Origin: Ramazzottius varieornatus
Taxonomy: Eukaryota; Animalia; Tardigrada
Assembly (NCBI GenBank): GCA_001949185.1
Contig: BDGG01000006.1
Location: 2,416,671-2,480,670 of the forward strand
Reading direction: 5' to 3'
DNA: 64,000 nucleotides
The position numbers and the translations under genes were made by a program. The notes beneath the pieces were generated by a model that did no database searches, was not told the DNA's origin, and saw only the letters and a list, made by a program, of their open reading frames with translations. Positions 1 to 14,159 of this stretch are shown here, piece after piece (position 1 is the stretch's first letter; every line of letters begins with the position of its first letter).

Positions 1-284
1 GGTGTTTTCATACTTTGGTTCGCCTCTTCGGGGCTATGCTTGTTGTTTTGCTCGAAAATTATGTTATATTGAATTAAGGCGTCAGCCGTGTTCGAGCGGA
101 ACAGGCGGAACGTTTGGAAGCCGAAAACCGAAGAGAAGGCACGAAAAAACAACTGTTGAAAAATTTGGGAAGAACGCTAATGTGTTGATTAACAAGAAAG
201 ATAACAAATATACGGTCGTAACGGCAACCTAGATCCTAAGTATCACAAGTTCTCAAGCGCAAACAATGAGAGAAGGCCACAAAA

Positions 285-550
285 CGAATAGCGAAACCAA
301 TGACAAAACATTTGTTTTTTCGGGCATCACACCATTAAACTGTCACATATCTTCGAGCGCGGATATTGCAAAACAAATAGCGAAACAAATAGCAAAACAT
401 TTTGTCTACTCAGGCATCACCCTATTGAATCGTCAGATATCTTCAGGCGCGAATAGTGCAAGACAAATAGCAAAACAAAAGCAAAACAACAGCAAAACAA
501 ATAACAGAGCATTTTGTTTTTTTCACCATTAAACCGTCACATACATATCT
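285..550. repeat. Degenerate tandem repeat, about 3 units of ~90-105 bp
   Basis: CACCATTAAACTGTCACATATC...GCAAAACAAATAGCGAAACAAATAGCAAAACATTTTG recurs near 328, 418 and 525, with internal (GCAAAACAAATA)n sub-repeats. Confidence 0.6.
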
Positions 551-3502
551 ATATAAGGAATACATATATTATATAAAACACAATATATTTCATAGAAAAC
601 ATATAGAAAATACGAGAAATATAGATAAACTGATTTGCCCGGGTAAGTGACTTAACATCCGTCTCTCTCGCGGTCAGAAGTACACATTTCTTTAATTTCG
701 ACACGCAACGATATCCGTACCTCCTGATCACTCCTAGCATTACTCCAGAACGTTCGTGGAGGTAATGACACAGACCACGAGGAAAAAACTACCGAACAGG
801 CGAAATCAACTGTTTTGCCGGCCGGCAGTTTAGTTGGCTTTCCTGCAGATTGACTGATTTGCCTGAATAAATTAGTTGACATCCCGACAAGGCAGTTAAT
901 TATCAGCATTTCATAACGTTCTCCAAGTGGTCCGACTGAAAGAGTTGGAAAAGGCTCCGAATAGTCTTTGTAGCGAATAGTTCAGAAAAAATGTTGCTTC
1001 CGCCGTAGCATCACCACTGTAAATAAAAATCAATTTATTTTCGATCGGGAAACCTCCACAAGTGATATCATATCTGCGTAGATTCAAACTGTTTTTCAAA
1101 CCGATTTTCAGTGTGATGTTCCGAAAACTGCCGGCTGCGCTGAGAAATAGGAGTGCATTGCCTCTTTTGAAGAGTCAACCAAATTCCCAACTGTTTTACC
1201 CATGCAATTTGGTTGATTCAGTCGTGAACTCATCGACCGGAATTGCCGACCACAGCTGATCCTTGCTCAGAGCGTCCATGTGGCAATCCAAAGTTGTTGG
1301 TTTGTGCAAACTCGTAGTAATATCTGGTCCACCTATCAATTGGGTCAACGGTTACAGACAGCCGTCGCGTACCGTTTCTGGCGACCAGACGATGATCGAT
1401 TCCTATTTGGAATTGATTTTCTATCTCAGCGCTTCTTCGGAATAAATCTACACATGTTCTGAAACTGGAATTTCATTTCTCCATAAATAGTTTACGACCA
1501 GAGTTTAGCTTCATCGCATGATACGTGTGTTAATGTGTATGGAGAAGTGAAGCATCATACAGGGAGACACAACGCTGCGAAACGGAAATGGCCGAGCAAA
1601 GTTGAGGACGGCACATTTCTATGGTACACGTCTGGGAACCCTGATATGTGTCGTCACACAGGTTCGTCACACGGCGCGTTGGGCACCGCTTCCTCCGAGC
1701 GTTGGACATACGCAAAGATATTATCAACGGCTATGCAGCAACTTGTGCCTTCCCAGGCCTAGTCGCCACGCATCCCGAGGGGTGTAGATTGCCTTGCAGC
1801 GCATTAGGATCGCGCAACCACCAATCCGCATGTCTAATACGATACCTGCACAGAAAAATTGTCACGAGAGATGACAGTTACAGATTGTAACAAACAGAAC
1901 TCATTCAACGCTTGCGAACTTACTGCATCCCCATGTACGTGAAGAGAGATACAACGAGCAGGACTGCTGCTATCGACGACGCAATAGCGACGTTAGGTAC
2001 TGTAGAGTCCGCTACAACATGCAAAATTTATTTACCCATAACCGCCCTCGAAAGGCCCGGAATAAAACACAAAAGGCGCCCTTGCCCCGCCGTCGCGTAT
2101 TATCGGATAAATCGATGTTTCTGATCATAATTTACAATTGAACCCCACCCCGCAAACCCATAGGGAACGAGCTGTAGCTATCACCTGACCAAAAACAAAC
2201 CAAACCTAAACATACCCAAATTGCAGCCCTAGGGCTAACTTTTCAAGGCGAACAATACTGCTTATGACATCAACGAAAAACCACGCTGTCACGGGATAAG
2301 ACCAAAACTATCTGGACAATCAGACCATCAATCCAACAAATTCAACAACTTCAAATCCTGTCTTTGGCTTGTTGTTGCTGCGACTGGACATCGCGAATTG
2401 AATCGTTACTACAAGCAGAAGCTGTGTCTTGTGAAAGACGTAGCGCTGGTCAGTCGAGGGTCCCGTTGTTGCAAAGCTCCCCACAAACAAGCAAAAGAAC
2501 CGTCATCATAGCTGGTCAGGATGACGGAGAACCTTAAAGGGAAGAAGGTCGTGAAAGAAAAGCGAAAGGTCTCCTCCCGCAGTCTTCTGCACACGGTGTA
2601 CAGTACACTCGCTCGAGAGGTGTACACCGCTGTTCGATCTCAGAGTTTCAAAACCCCGTGAACACAAGAGCGTTCACCATAGACATTTTTGATTGCTCGT
2701 TCACTCACGTAGCGGAAGCACATGATGGAAGACAAACAGTTGCTTTGCATTCGAAATGATTGTTGTGAGCTGTTGACTTCACTTTCTTCGGTTTTTGTTA
2801 AGCTGTACGGTAAATGTTTGACAGGTGCCAGATGGAAACCGAAGAGCGATGTAAACATCGCGAGAGGGTGGACTGTAATTACATTTCAAGTATCTTCCTT
2901 CAGCCTCCAAAACTTGTGCTACTTTATACGCCACTGAACAAAATACTTCGAAGCTTCTGTCATCTACTCACAGTTGTTGTTTTTCTTAAGACGATGCGAG
3001 AATTGATTCAATGCACTCGCGGCCGAAATCAATAGCAGTGAAGTGTGGCACAAAATCAATCAGACAAATGGCGGTTTTATCGATATACGCTGTATCGTTT
3101 CCCATCCTACATTGGTTTGCTAGACGCTTTGCCTGGTTGCCTGGCCGCCGTAGTGCGTTACCGCCGTTGCGGCAGGGGAAGGTTGGGGCGCGGTCGCGGT
3201 CGATTTTTTTGCGTCTGTACATGATGTGTCGATGAGTTTTCGGGCTCTCCGACGCACAGAGGAACGTTGTATCGAACTTTGGGTTTCAGTTCGAGACAAC
3301 GCGTCGATCTTGCTGCTCATTTCTGTTCTGTTGTGAGGTCAACTGTTTTAAGTATTCGCATGGGTTTGTGCTCATGGGGGAGGTTATGGGTCAGCTACCC
3401 CAGCCTGCTGGGGTTGCTCTTTAGTTTCCACTCCTCGAGCAAGGAAACGGCTGATGTAAGGAGGTAATTATCGGCGGCTCAAATCTACGCTCAACAGTAC
3501 TA

Positions 3503-6500
3503 ACCTTGGTGGTCGCACTTCTGCGCTTGATACCCACATAGCGGTTCGTTCGTGGGCAAGGCATTCTGGTTAAACCAGGGTCTCCGTAACTGAATGCTGA
3601 AGTTTCCAGGAGCATCGAAAACTGTGGCGGGCTAAGATGTCAAAAAAAAGATCGAATGAAAGATAAGGCCAGACATATGATAGAGTTTCAAAACACCACT
3701 ACGGACCTCGAAATCATCCGTCTCCGGATTGAAGAACAATAGGGATGGATCTATCACCCTTTCCCCAAATTCGTTAAATTCCACCCAACCGCTTTTTAGT
3801 TGGAACCGACAGTTAGCGATTCGTTGTTTAAGTGCAGAACCGTCTCGCAGCACTTCCATATCACCCGCCACCAATGTCGTTTTAAGCACCTATAACGTTA
3901 AAAAAATGCTGTTCGTCCGCTTTTTTGAACTGATTCAGGCCAGGTCGTGTTGTGGGCTGGTGTTTCCATCTAAATGCAACCCGGATGTTTCGCGTAGGCA
4001 CGGCCATCGGTCTCAAAGCCAAAAACGGAGGCCTCAGGCGCACAGTTGTTGTTTTTCTTGCGCTTTTTAGGTACAGCATACACCCTGATACTTACACTAC
4101 CCAAAACCATGATCGCTTCGTAAGTAGGCATAAGTCGCAGAGGGGGCTGCAACAAGAGAACAACGTTAGGGGTAGTGTACCAGGTCAAATGCTCATGGAA
4201 GTCTAACATCCCCGTAAAGCTTAGCGTAATTGTTAATCTTGCTGTTGATAGCTTCGCTCGACACGGAAAAACTTGCCCGGTCAGTATGCGGCAATGATTA
4301 ACTGATTCAGAGTTGCTTATCGGTTTTATCGGTAGTATCAAATGGATGCCTATTCTCTGCCGAGATCCGATTTGTTCTGGTTGCTCGGTCAACGAAGAAG
4401 ACTTCAGCTTATTAAACAAGCGATCGATTCACAGCATCGGTTGTTTCATCAGCTTCTTAGATGGACAGAACCTTGATCGCGGGACATAATCTGGATAAGG
4501 GTACAGATTTATCGGGGCACCTAGAACTTACTGTTGTCCATGTTACGTTGTACCGCTCTCGGGAAGCTCTCCTTAGTCGGTCAACAGGCATGTCTTGCTC
4601 GGTCATGTCCTTGGCAGACGGTGGAATATCCTCCAGAACGAGAGCGGCGCGGAATGCGATCCGAGCTGTCTGCAAACATATGACAGCAGACCATATCGCT
4701 GTTCATGACTGAACTTACTGAACGGCAATGTCCACTGACCTCATCGTACTTGTCGCCGTATGCCCATGAAGTGTTGCTGTTTTCATCGGGATACTTGTGG
4801 AGCAGGAAAACCTGCGGTGTAAACCTTCTTCAGTCTTGTTCGTCTCACTCTTCCAAACCCTCTAATAGGCGATTCTAACACATAACAAGTACTTCACTGA
4901 AAACAAATTGGTATATTCTGGCGTGTCAAGGCTATCGTACATATTGATGTTCATGCACTTAAGCGTTATTCTTGACGTTTTAATAACTAAACTGCTCGGC
5001 CCAACCCATACTTGATGAGAAAGATAGCGTAAAACCATTGCCTTCATCAGCAAGTCTTCTGTGAATACCACAAATCATATGGACTGTAGGTGCTGTAGGT
5101 TATATCTACCGTACAGTGTCTGTTACACAATGCGTTCCAACATTCCCTGACCGACCCAAGAGTTGATCGACACTTGTGGCCACAATCCAAAAACAGTCCA
5201 GCAAACAAATCAATACTTGGATCGGCATGGAGAAAGTGGCACATAGTACGCATTGTGGACTTTCTGTAGCGATAGAGCGCAGTCAAGGTGTGCTGAGGTG
5301 TTAGACTCGAGTAGGCGAAAATGATCTAGTACATAATGCACTGTGTACAAAGCAAGAAAAGTAAACCGTCGAAAATGGGAGGACTCGCCAGCTGAAGCCT
5401 GGCTTCGAATCCACCAATGATAATTATTGTTTGCCAATGTTTCCTGAACGACAAATTTCGCTGGCTCTTTCCATCTGGCTTTATGTACCTTCCATTCTCG
5501 ACGGTTAACGGTTTTGCGCAGTGTGGGATAACGTCTGGTTCTCAAACATTAATATATTCTGATCGCAGCATACATACGTAATCTCCATGGGTGAGGTTGC
5601 AGGACGCAGCTATAATCTAAAAACTCACAAGCTGAAAGCATATTACTGTATCATATGGAGAGAGGGAAAAGTTTGTTACCATCACTTGCCGAAATTGAGC
5701 AGCCAGAGTGAGAACCACGACGACTAAACGCAAAGCGAGATATCAAAGGTCGTCACCAGGCATCTGCTCAACGAAAGGTGGCCAGAGTTCGGTACCTCGA
5801 CTAGAGACCCTCACTTGCTGACACCAGGAGATACGAGAGTGAGGACTGTCAAGGTCAATGGTCGCCTGCGAGTACTGGAACTTGTCCAACGTTTTGCTCA
5901 TCAGCCTAACCACCTCATCCCGAACGTCCAAGCAGAAGGCTGCAGTGTGTTCTGTCGTGATGATGAAAATTGTGCTCCACTTGAAAAAGTGCAGCACGTC
6001 CACCGTTCGGCGGACCAGAGAATCTCTGTTGAACGGTTCTACGCTTATCCAGGTTGGCGTGATGTCTTTCTCATGAATCACTGGGTCATTGTATCCACTA
6101 AAACAACATAAGTGATGTGGTGAGCCGTACACGTAGAGCTGAAGATTGCAAGCGGAAGCCGTTAACTGGTTGGGGTCTCGATATTTTGCCGTCATGTACG
6201 TACGTACCTGGTAAAGTAGAGAATATTCCAGTTTGCAGCTAATTCGTTCACTTTCCTCCTTTCTTCGCAACCTGTTCCCCAAAAAGACTAAACGAGGCTT
6301 GTTAATCCAGTGTAGGAGAAGAACTAAGGAAGACGATCGACACCAACCTCCGGCTACTAGGATCGTGGCACTGGGTACAGCCTGACGCTTATAGTAATAC
6401 TCTGATAATCTAGCGGACATATCGGCGTCCACATCCTTACACGACGTCCAACTATTGTTCATAATGAAGGTTTGTTTGAAGTCGACGGCTGGCTGTAAGT

Positions 6501-6657
6501 CCTTGTGTAATTCTTGGAGAGCAAACTCGGTCGCCGGGCCGACAACTGAAACGTCATGCAGGCCTTCGTGCTGGGGCATTCCCCAAGTAATGAACTCTAC
6601 GTCGATGTTTCCACCCTGAGCTAGTGCCATACCCAGCAGCAACGCCACGTGCCACAT
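3503..6657 (-). CDS. Multi-exon natriuretic-peptide-receptor / receptor guanylate cyclase-like ectodomain protein (3' exons not resolved; may be partly decayed)
   Basis: Signal peptide MWHVALLLGMALA; VVGPATEFALQEL; Cys-containing SWTSC...YYYKRQ; FFKWSTIFII; SWAYGDKYDE followed by TARIAFRAALVL; FQLKSGWVEFNEFGERVID; juxtamembrane PTNEPLCGYQAQKC near 3515-3560. GT-AG introns are visible. No cyclase or kinase-homology domain found in the window. Confidence 0.65.
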
Positions 6658-7577
6658 GACACCGTATAGTCCTTTTAGGCAAGAAACTTCCCGGTCAGAT
6701 TCTTAGAACTCGAACCGTACCAGACTGGAAAACCCAGCAACAGGTATGGGCTATACAGATCCCCCTTACGCATTGTACGCGATAGACACTTAAGGAGAAA
6801 TTGAGAAATATCAAGTCATACCTCAGGAAAACATAGTGGTCCCACTATATGCGGCAGAGGGGTTGGTAGTGGCACAAAAAATTAACCGCTGTGTTACGGA
6901 GAAATAAGTCTAGTGTAGGATGGAGGTACAGTGTACGCCAATATGGTCATCCCAACTGGGCGGAGTTTTTGGGCGTGGTTTCCCTGTATGACGTAATTGA
7001 ACAGGTGATTGCAATCAAGAAATCCGCAGGCTATAGCAGGGTCAGCGTTCGATTGGTTAACCTTACCCAGACCAACGCCCAGATTGAGGTGACCATATTG
7101 GCGTTTACTGTATCAGTCTACATGAACCGATCGCATTCACATTAGCGCACCCAAGCTGGATGAGTGTCGGTGAGGCTCCACTTCAGAACTCATAGAAAAA
7201 GAACAAGAGCCACCCCGCACACGCGGAAATGAAAAAAGAACGTGGCGGGATTAGCCTTTTTTTCGTGTCAGCATATGCTACTAGACAACTGGAAAATCGC
7301 GTCCGAAGAACTGTAACCAGAACCGCGTCGATATTCAGAGCTTTCGGTTCTGTGATGATAACGTTGACCTTGAGATTCTCATTTTTGCAATGCCAATCTA
7401 TTCTTATACGCCTTTGGAATTCGGAATAGGTTTGGTTTGAGATATTCGAGGAACAATCGCTGCCCTAGCGGATTGAGAATAGTTTAGGTTGCTGGAGTGG
7501 TGTAACCAATTCCAACGATCTATAATCGCTAATAACATAGCAGGACCAAAAGATCAGGCTGGGGACGAATTATACTA

Positions 7578-7716
7578 CTGTATTCCCTCGACGGTTCTGC
7601 GCAGTCACATGACGGGCCCATAAAATAGTCCCCAGGGGATAGTGATTGAGCCACGAACACCCCGGGCCAGATATATAGGCCTGTCATGCAGCTGTTCGGA
7701 TCCATCGAGAGAATAG
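7578..7716. mobile_element. Decayed TA-flanked MITE-like element
   Basis: TA|CTGTATTCCCTCGA...TCGAGAGAATAG|TA; ends resemble those at 56369-56442. Confidence 0.3.
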
Positions 7717-9264
7717 TACGAGATACTCAAGTGCAAGATGAATGTTCGCCCTACTCCGCGCGAACAGTCGTGTGTGGCAAATTCAAATGATTTACCGTGG
7801 ATGACACGGTGTCGCTCAAGTGAAAATTGGCACCTCTGAGGCTGTGAGTGACGTAGTCATGTGCCTAGTGCTGCAACGAATCGCTTTCGCAGCTTTAATA
7901 ATTCAAGTCTCCAAGGTGAGGCAGACAGGCCATGTCAATTTCACTCAAGTGGCGCTGCACTTTTGCGTCAACTGTCAATCCAAACCTTTTCAACAAATCG
8001 CTGCTTCAATTCTACATGTGACCATCCAGTTTCCGAAATTGGAGAAGATAGACTTTAGTTGGCCGGGATTTTTCCGCCTTGGTCACGGCATCATTATTAT
8101 TTTTTGATGGGCGATCTGGTGTAGACGACGCTAACCGTTCATTTGGTCCTGACTTCGGACGACTGGATGCTCGATTCGTTGTTTGTCGATCGTGGGTGAT
8201 CTACTGGTTTTTAAGTTGCCCAGTTTGAGACTGCGAAGACAGTATCCAGTCACTGTCAAGCTCGCGGCGGGTTGCTTTCTTTGTCGTGTCCCTGTGCAGA
8301 TGGTGAACGATACGTTCACCCAAAGGAACTCGATCGAACCTTCTGAGCAGAAGATTTCCAAAAAGTTCTACGGTCCGACTATAGTCAGAGTGAAGCTCTC
8401 CAGTAATATATCGTAGCACAACAGAACACCTCAGTCGTATTTTCAACGACACTACTAACTCTGAAGGGCCAAAAGTACGAAACGTTTGGTGGCAAGAAAC
8501 CGAACGAAAAAACGGTGTTCCTGGTGTGCCAAAGTCTGAAGACCGAAAAACTAGGTGGAGAAAAAAGTCGCCTCAATTTGCTTAGCAATCTGCTCAGAGC
8601 GAAAATCTAACCGCTCGAGAGTCTGCGTCAAGTGGGCCAGCGGAAGTAAGTCAGTAAGGCGTGGCCAAATTGTGCCGTATGGAGCGGGCCTCGAGAGGAA
8701 AACCGTCTGTTTCGACCAACCAAAATAGTTGTTAAACTGCAAGTGGGCCTGCTGAGTGGTTAGAGCAGGGCTTACTGTTTCCTTTCAATGCCCGCTCCAT
8801 ATAAGGTCATTTGGCCACGCCTTGTGCCGCTGGCCCAAATTTTTTAGTCTGGGCATCAAGTTTCCAATCAACCCAGTCAACGCGGGGAACAAAACGAGCA
8901 CCCCACGGAACAGTGGTTTTTGTCGCTTGTCTGTTGACGCAGCGACCAAAACCAGTCACCTTGAAAGGTGTGCGGCAAAAGACAGGCACGGTTTCGGTTC
9001 ATTCTGGCGACGCTTCCGTCGGAGGCGACGTGTGTGGGTAGTCGAGCATGAAGAAAAAGATAAAACCATTCATGGCGCCACTGAGACGTATTCTCATGCT
9101 GTCACGCCATTGCAAACGTGGTAATGCAAATGTCAACAGGAGACAAATCGATCGATTCGGTGATTTCAAGGGTTGAGTTCAGGCAATCAATAGGGGGAAG
9201 GTGGTGGAACCATTCGTGACGTCTTTCGATGTAGTTCTCGAACTGCCTACGTACGGCACAGCGG

Positions 9265-11245
9265 CTAAACCGATGAACCGTTATGTGAAGTTGAGAAGGA
9301 TTTCTGTTGATTATTAGCGCAACGTGTAGAGGTGGGGCAGAGCTCATTCAATCTGGCCGGGAAAACGCGGGCCGTTGCTTTTCTGTATCTTTCAACGGTA
9401 GCTACCCTTCCTAGCGAACTTCTTCGGTTTCGAAAGGGAAGCCGCAACAAGCGAGCACAGTTCTCGCGAAAATGTTCCAGGGACCAGGCGTAGATTAGGC
9501 AGTTGACCGAGCTATTGCCATGTGCTAAGAGGGCTGCCAGGATATACCACACAAAGCCAATGTGCGTCGCCTGACCTATGAGGAGCAGCATGCCAAGCGG
9601 CATGGACATAACGGCGAGCACAATGAAGACCCGGAACAGCACACGAACCATCCGTATCGTGCGGTGAAATTCTTTAAGCTTCATCTTTCGTCTTTCGTTC
9701 CGTCTGCTTCCGCTTACTGGCTGGCTGTTCGTGGAAGCACTACTAGTGCTTCGGTTCAGGATGCGGTTCCTGACCAGGTTGGAATTATGGACGCGACGAA
9801 AGATGGCGAAGTATGCGATACAGCTGACGCCGACCGGCATCATAATCCCGACGCCGATGTAGAAAAAAGCGTACGAGTGAATATGGTGGGCGAAGGTACA
9901 GACAAAGATGGCTTCCGAGAAATGGATTTCGCCCCAGCCGACGTGGTTGGGCAACGTGACGATGTAAATGAGAACCCAGACTGTCAGGCAGATGAGAAGG
10001 GAGTTGCGCTTAGTGTAAATTTTTTTGTATGAGTTGTACCGGCAGATGAAAACATATCTGGAAAAACATGAGCTATATTGCTTGATAATCTGGCAAGCGG
10101 TCTGGTCGGCCAGTCTATCATAACAGACGGGAACAACACGGTTCCCCTAGATTTTTAAATCAAAAGAGAGCCAGAAAGTACATCGGAGATGACCCCGGAT
10201 GTAAGGATGATTGTTATACGCTGATGAATTAGGCGGTATAAAAGCGGCATCGTTGAGTGAACTTGTCTGTTGTTTCTCGTGTTGCGTCAAGGAAAGGTCT
10301 GATTGAATTGCTAGAACGTTAGTCTTGCGTCAAGAAAACCTAGGGATGCGATCAGCGAACTAGTTTGACTACTCGTACACCTTGCTTCCTCTCACCTTGA
10401 GCAGCGGATAACAAGCCTTGGTCTACAGGCTTCAGGTCAAAACTTTCACCCACTCTCGTGAGCAGCTCGTCTCGAGCAAATTATGGGATGGAAAACAGCT
10501 GTATTCACCGACCACCGTCAAAAGAACTTTTACTGCTCTCGACCCTTCGAGCCGTATACGTAATAGAATTACTGAAATGTGTTGTCGTGTGCGAGAATTC
10601 GTCACCTCCGCTACGATGGCCGACTAACCTGTTAATGGTAATCATGCAGATGGTCCAAGTTGAAGCAATACAACCCATTGCGCACAGCGATCCAACAACT
10701 GCAAGGCGTATAAACCCGTTGCAGTGTACAGACCAAATATTAGTGTTGATGTAAAATTCTGTAAATGTCTTACGGCGGCATAGCAGAGGCCGTTCTTGAA
10801 ACCACCTTTCTCCGAGTAGCGCACCTACTCATGGTGAACGATCGTCATCAGACGGAGTTGCTGCGTCAAATGAATCATTCATATCTGGATTTTTACCTAA
10901 AGCGCTGAAAGGCTGGGTAATGACGGTAACGAATAGATCGGACACGGATAAGTTGATGATGAGGGCGTTGCTTGTGGTCCGAAGTACGGGTGAGGCACAG
11001 ATCGTCACAATGACCTTGAAAACTTGTCGATGTATCGTCAAATTCGTGCGGCTGTATGGCACATATATCAGACAAACCGTGCTTACCAGTACATTTCCCA
11101 AGGTTCCAAGGAAACTTTCAATTGTCAAAATGAACACGTAAAAGTACTGAAGGGAACGTTCCAGAGGTTGCCTGAGGAAGTTTGAAGATGTTTCATTCAG
11201 AGAAAATATGATGGACGTATCGTTGCAAAGCCCGTGGCAATCCAT
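9265..11245 (-). CDS. Class A GPCR of the melatonin-receptor/Tre1/moody type, 5 exons (~11245-11087, 11013-10897, 10824-10773, 10710-10629, 10059-9265)
   Basis: TM1 GTLGNVLVI, TM2 NLSVSDL, TM3 ITINR|YVFIC (NRY variant of DRY across an intron), TM5 YFAIF, TM7 HGNSSVNCLIY, helix 8 FRE. Confidence 0.85.
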
Positions 11246-11799
11246 CGGTCTGATTTAGGCAGTCTTTCCAAACTTTACGTGCTTTGGAAAACGAATAGTA
11301 AGGAGATTCTTTCCGTGCAAACTCCAAACTTGAATTCTGAGACATGAGGTCACGCCGACTGGACTTACTGTATATGAGAATTTTTGACAAGTTTCAGGCA
11401 CGAGTACAGTCGACCACAGCTGAACCGGAACACGACATACGTTTGGTTGGTCTCAGGAGGAAGGATCAGGTCTGCACTCACGTCAGCATGGTTGCCCGCA
11501 TTCTGTACAAGTACAATGCTCTCGTACTTGTTGAATCGCGCTCCATTGTGAAGCAGCTTTTATGGGCATGTCGACCAACAACCGATGCGCTTACCGTTGG
11601 ATGAACAAATTTACTATAGCGATTCGCTGCATCCGACACCCACGTCACAATACACGTAAATCATCCTCCTGGGTGGGAGGGGCAGATCGCTCAACCACCG
11701 GCCGAAATAATAACATCATGTGAGTAATCAGAGCTTTGGATCAGCTACTCTGGATTAGTATGACTTCCATTGGGTATCTGGAGTAAGGGCTGTAGCGGA

Positions 11800-12360
11800 G
11801 GTGGGGTGGCCGTCTTCGAATTGAATCTGACGGCGAGCTGTCCGACCCTATCAAACGTGTGAATTCTTCGCGCATGAAGCCGCGATAAGCCTAACAGGTT
11901 TCAAATACCCTTCCCGAAAACGCTCCACTGACAAGGCGCACATGACGCCGCTGACCGTCTTGTTTCCGTGTGTCATGATCAGCGCCAGAATGTACCACAC
12001 GCGGCCCAGCCTGTCTTCCTCTGATCATCAGTAACGAGACGACTATCGGCAGCAGCATTACGATGCAGATGACGAAGACCTTGAAGAGCGCACGAGCCAC
12101 CTTTACATTACGATGGAACTCACTGAATTTCTGATCGTCGATTTCCAGACGACCTCGATGTGACATTCTAATCGATGGTCCTAGTTTGTATTCGGGTCTG
12201 GACGAGGTTGGAGTTTCTGACGCGCAGGAAGATGGAAAAGGTAGGCGGCGCCACTGATGGTGATGGGAGTCAGGACGCCCAACGAGAGATAAAACCTCGT
12301 GAATGATGATTGGTGATGATGAGCGAAGGTAAAGCCGACCAGGTTGGGGACCAGCTCAAT
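11800..12360 (-). pseudogene. Frameshifted, 5'-truncated paralog of the adjacent GPCR (last exon only)
   Basis: LVPNLVGF-TFAHHHQSSFTRFYLSLGVLTP and EFHRNVKVARALFKVFVICIVMLLP align with TFAHHIHSYAFFYIGVGIMMP and EFHRTIRMVRVLFRVFIVLAVMSMP of 9265-9954, but lie in different frames with a deletion. Confidence 0.8.
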
Positions 12361-12995
12361 GACGGAACGGAAAGCAACAAAAACTTCCTGATACTTCCTA
12401 TAACCGTTTCCTAGCTCGATGCTCGAGGGGACGGGTGTCACCGCAGCAGGCTCAGCCAGGCTGGGATACCTTCGGGCTTAAGATAGTGAAGAGCCTGACT
12501 CGAGGAGTGGAACTCTTCGGCCTTTAGGTTTAGCAGGAAGGTTTTCTAAATTCTGATGGATATCACGTGACTCTGCCGTCGGGCTGGTCCGAGAACGTGT
12601 AGGTCGTAATCCGGTTGAAAAGTTGCTGTAAGCTCGGGATTAATTTGTTTATGGGCTATTGTTTTCTGCCATGGGTTCGGATTTCCAGTCGCGTGATCTC
12701 TGGATCTCGTTCCCTATGGGGGATTCGAGATCGAGCTAACTCAGCCAAGCAAGTGTTTTGTTCAGGATGAGATTTTGAATTAGATCTAACCGATTCGTTG
12801 GATGGAGGCGTGGACTACAAAACAATCTTCCCCGAGTCACACCGGTGACATAAAAATACCGCAAGGATGGCGGTAGGGCGGACGAGTATCTAAAAGAGTA
12901 TACTAGAAAGAATCTAAAAGAAGCGTTCTGGGGAAGCTTTTGGTTGATACTGATGTTCCCGGACCATGCAGATCGTCTAACCCCCCCCCCCCCCG

Positions 12996-13045
12996 NNNNN
13001 NNNNNNNNNNNNNNNNNNNNNNNNNNNNNNNNNNNNNNNNNNNNN
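12996..13045. other. Assembly gap (50 N) flanked by poly-C runs
   Basis: Seen directly. Confidence 0.99.
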
Positions 13046-14159
13046 CCCCCCCCCCCCCCGCAACTTGCAAAGAGTATCAACGGAGATCTACCGTGTTATA
13101 TTGTAGCCGTCCGCTCAACTAAGACCAGTAAGAACTGGCATTCGTCTTTGTGCTCCGTACGGTCTATCGGTTAGGTTTACCATCGGACCGTTACTACTGT
13201 AGTCCGATGACGAGCATCGTGCATTTCAAAGAGTATCAGATAAAATTATTGTACCAGAGTGGGATATCGAAGCCCAGTCACTATTACCAGAGAGTTAGCG
13301 GTGTTCTGGCAAGTTCAGAGAACACGAAGGATTTACGATCCTAAAGATCGTGCTGTTGACAGACACTTCTTGCCAGTAATCACGATAGAAGCGTGATCTA
13401 GCTTTCTTCTCTGAGACTAAGTAATGAATCCAAACTGGCATAAAGTGGTCCTCGAAGTCCTTGGTGGTGGCTCTTAGTTAGAAAGTGGTGTACGGAGTAA
13501 ACGGTGGTGATGATTTGGAATTGAAAGGTGGTATTAGGAGACTATGGTGGTGAAATGTGGTGTGCGGAGCCTTCCGAATACTTTTCGTTACGCGACGCAT
13601 AAGGAATATCTAGGCCACCTGCACCTTTGCACACGCGATTCAAGAGTCTCCGCGACATGGGTCTTTTTGAAGCCAAACACAGCATGGAATTTAACTAGAT
13701 CTAGAGTCGTAAAACACTGATGGCCTTTGGATAGATGACGTCTTTAGGGGATGAAGAGAAGATTAACCTTGCCAGTACCGAGAGTGCGAGTACCGATAGC
13801 TACAAATTGTATGGTTTACGAGGAATATTCAGTTCCCGGCGACCCCTAACCGTTGTTTTCGGCCGAAAGATGCAACGCGAGCGTGAAAGGTGTTTCGGTA
13901 TGTTGACCGTACCTTTCTTCTCCAGAAACCACTCGCGTAGTATAACAGTCAAGAATGCGCAATAAGGAAGCGCGATCAGGAAGGAGGAAGTATAAATAAG
14001 CCTTGAAAAGGCCAGAACGCAAGAAAGATAGATACAACAAAAGGATTACAGATGAGAGCCGCGTGCTGGGCCACGTTCATCCGCAGAAGCTACACAAGTA
14101 CTCAGGTTAAAAGTCTAACACCAGAAACAAAATTTCTCAAGGTTTCACCGATCGAAATT

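Noticed and set aside
660-2300. Short ORFs possibly forming another gene
   Set aside because: No recognisable motif or coherent exon chain.
12436-13361. Solo LTR (TGTCA...TGACA) truncating the GPCR pseudogene
   Set aside because: No matching TSD and an assembly gap in the middle; insufficient support.
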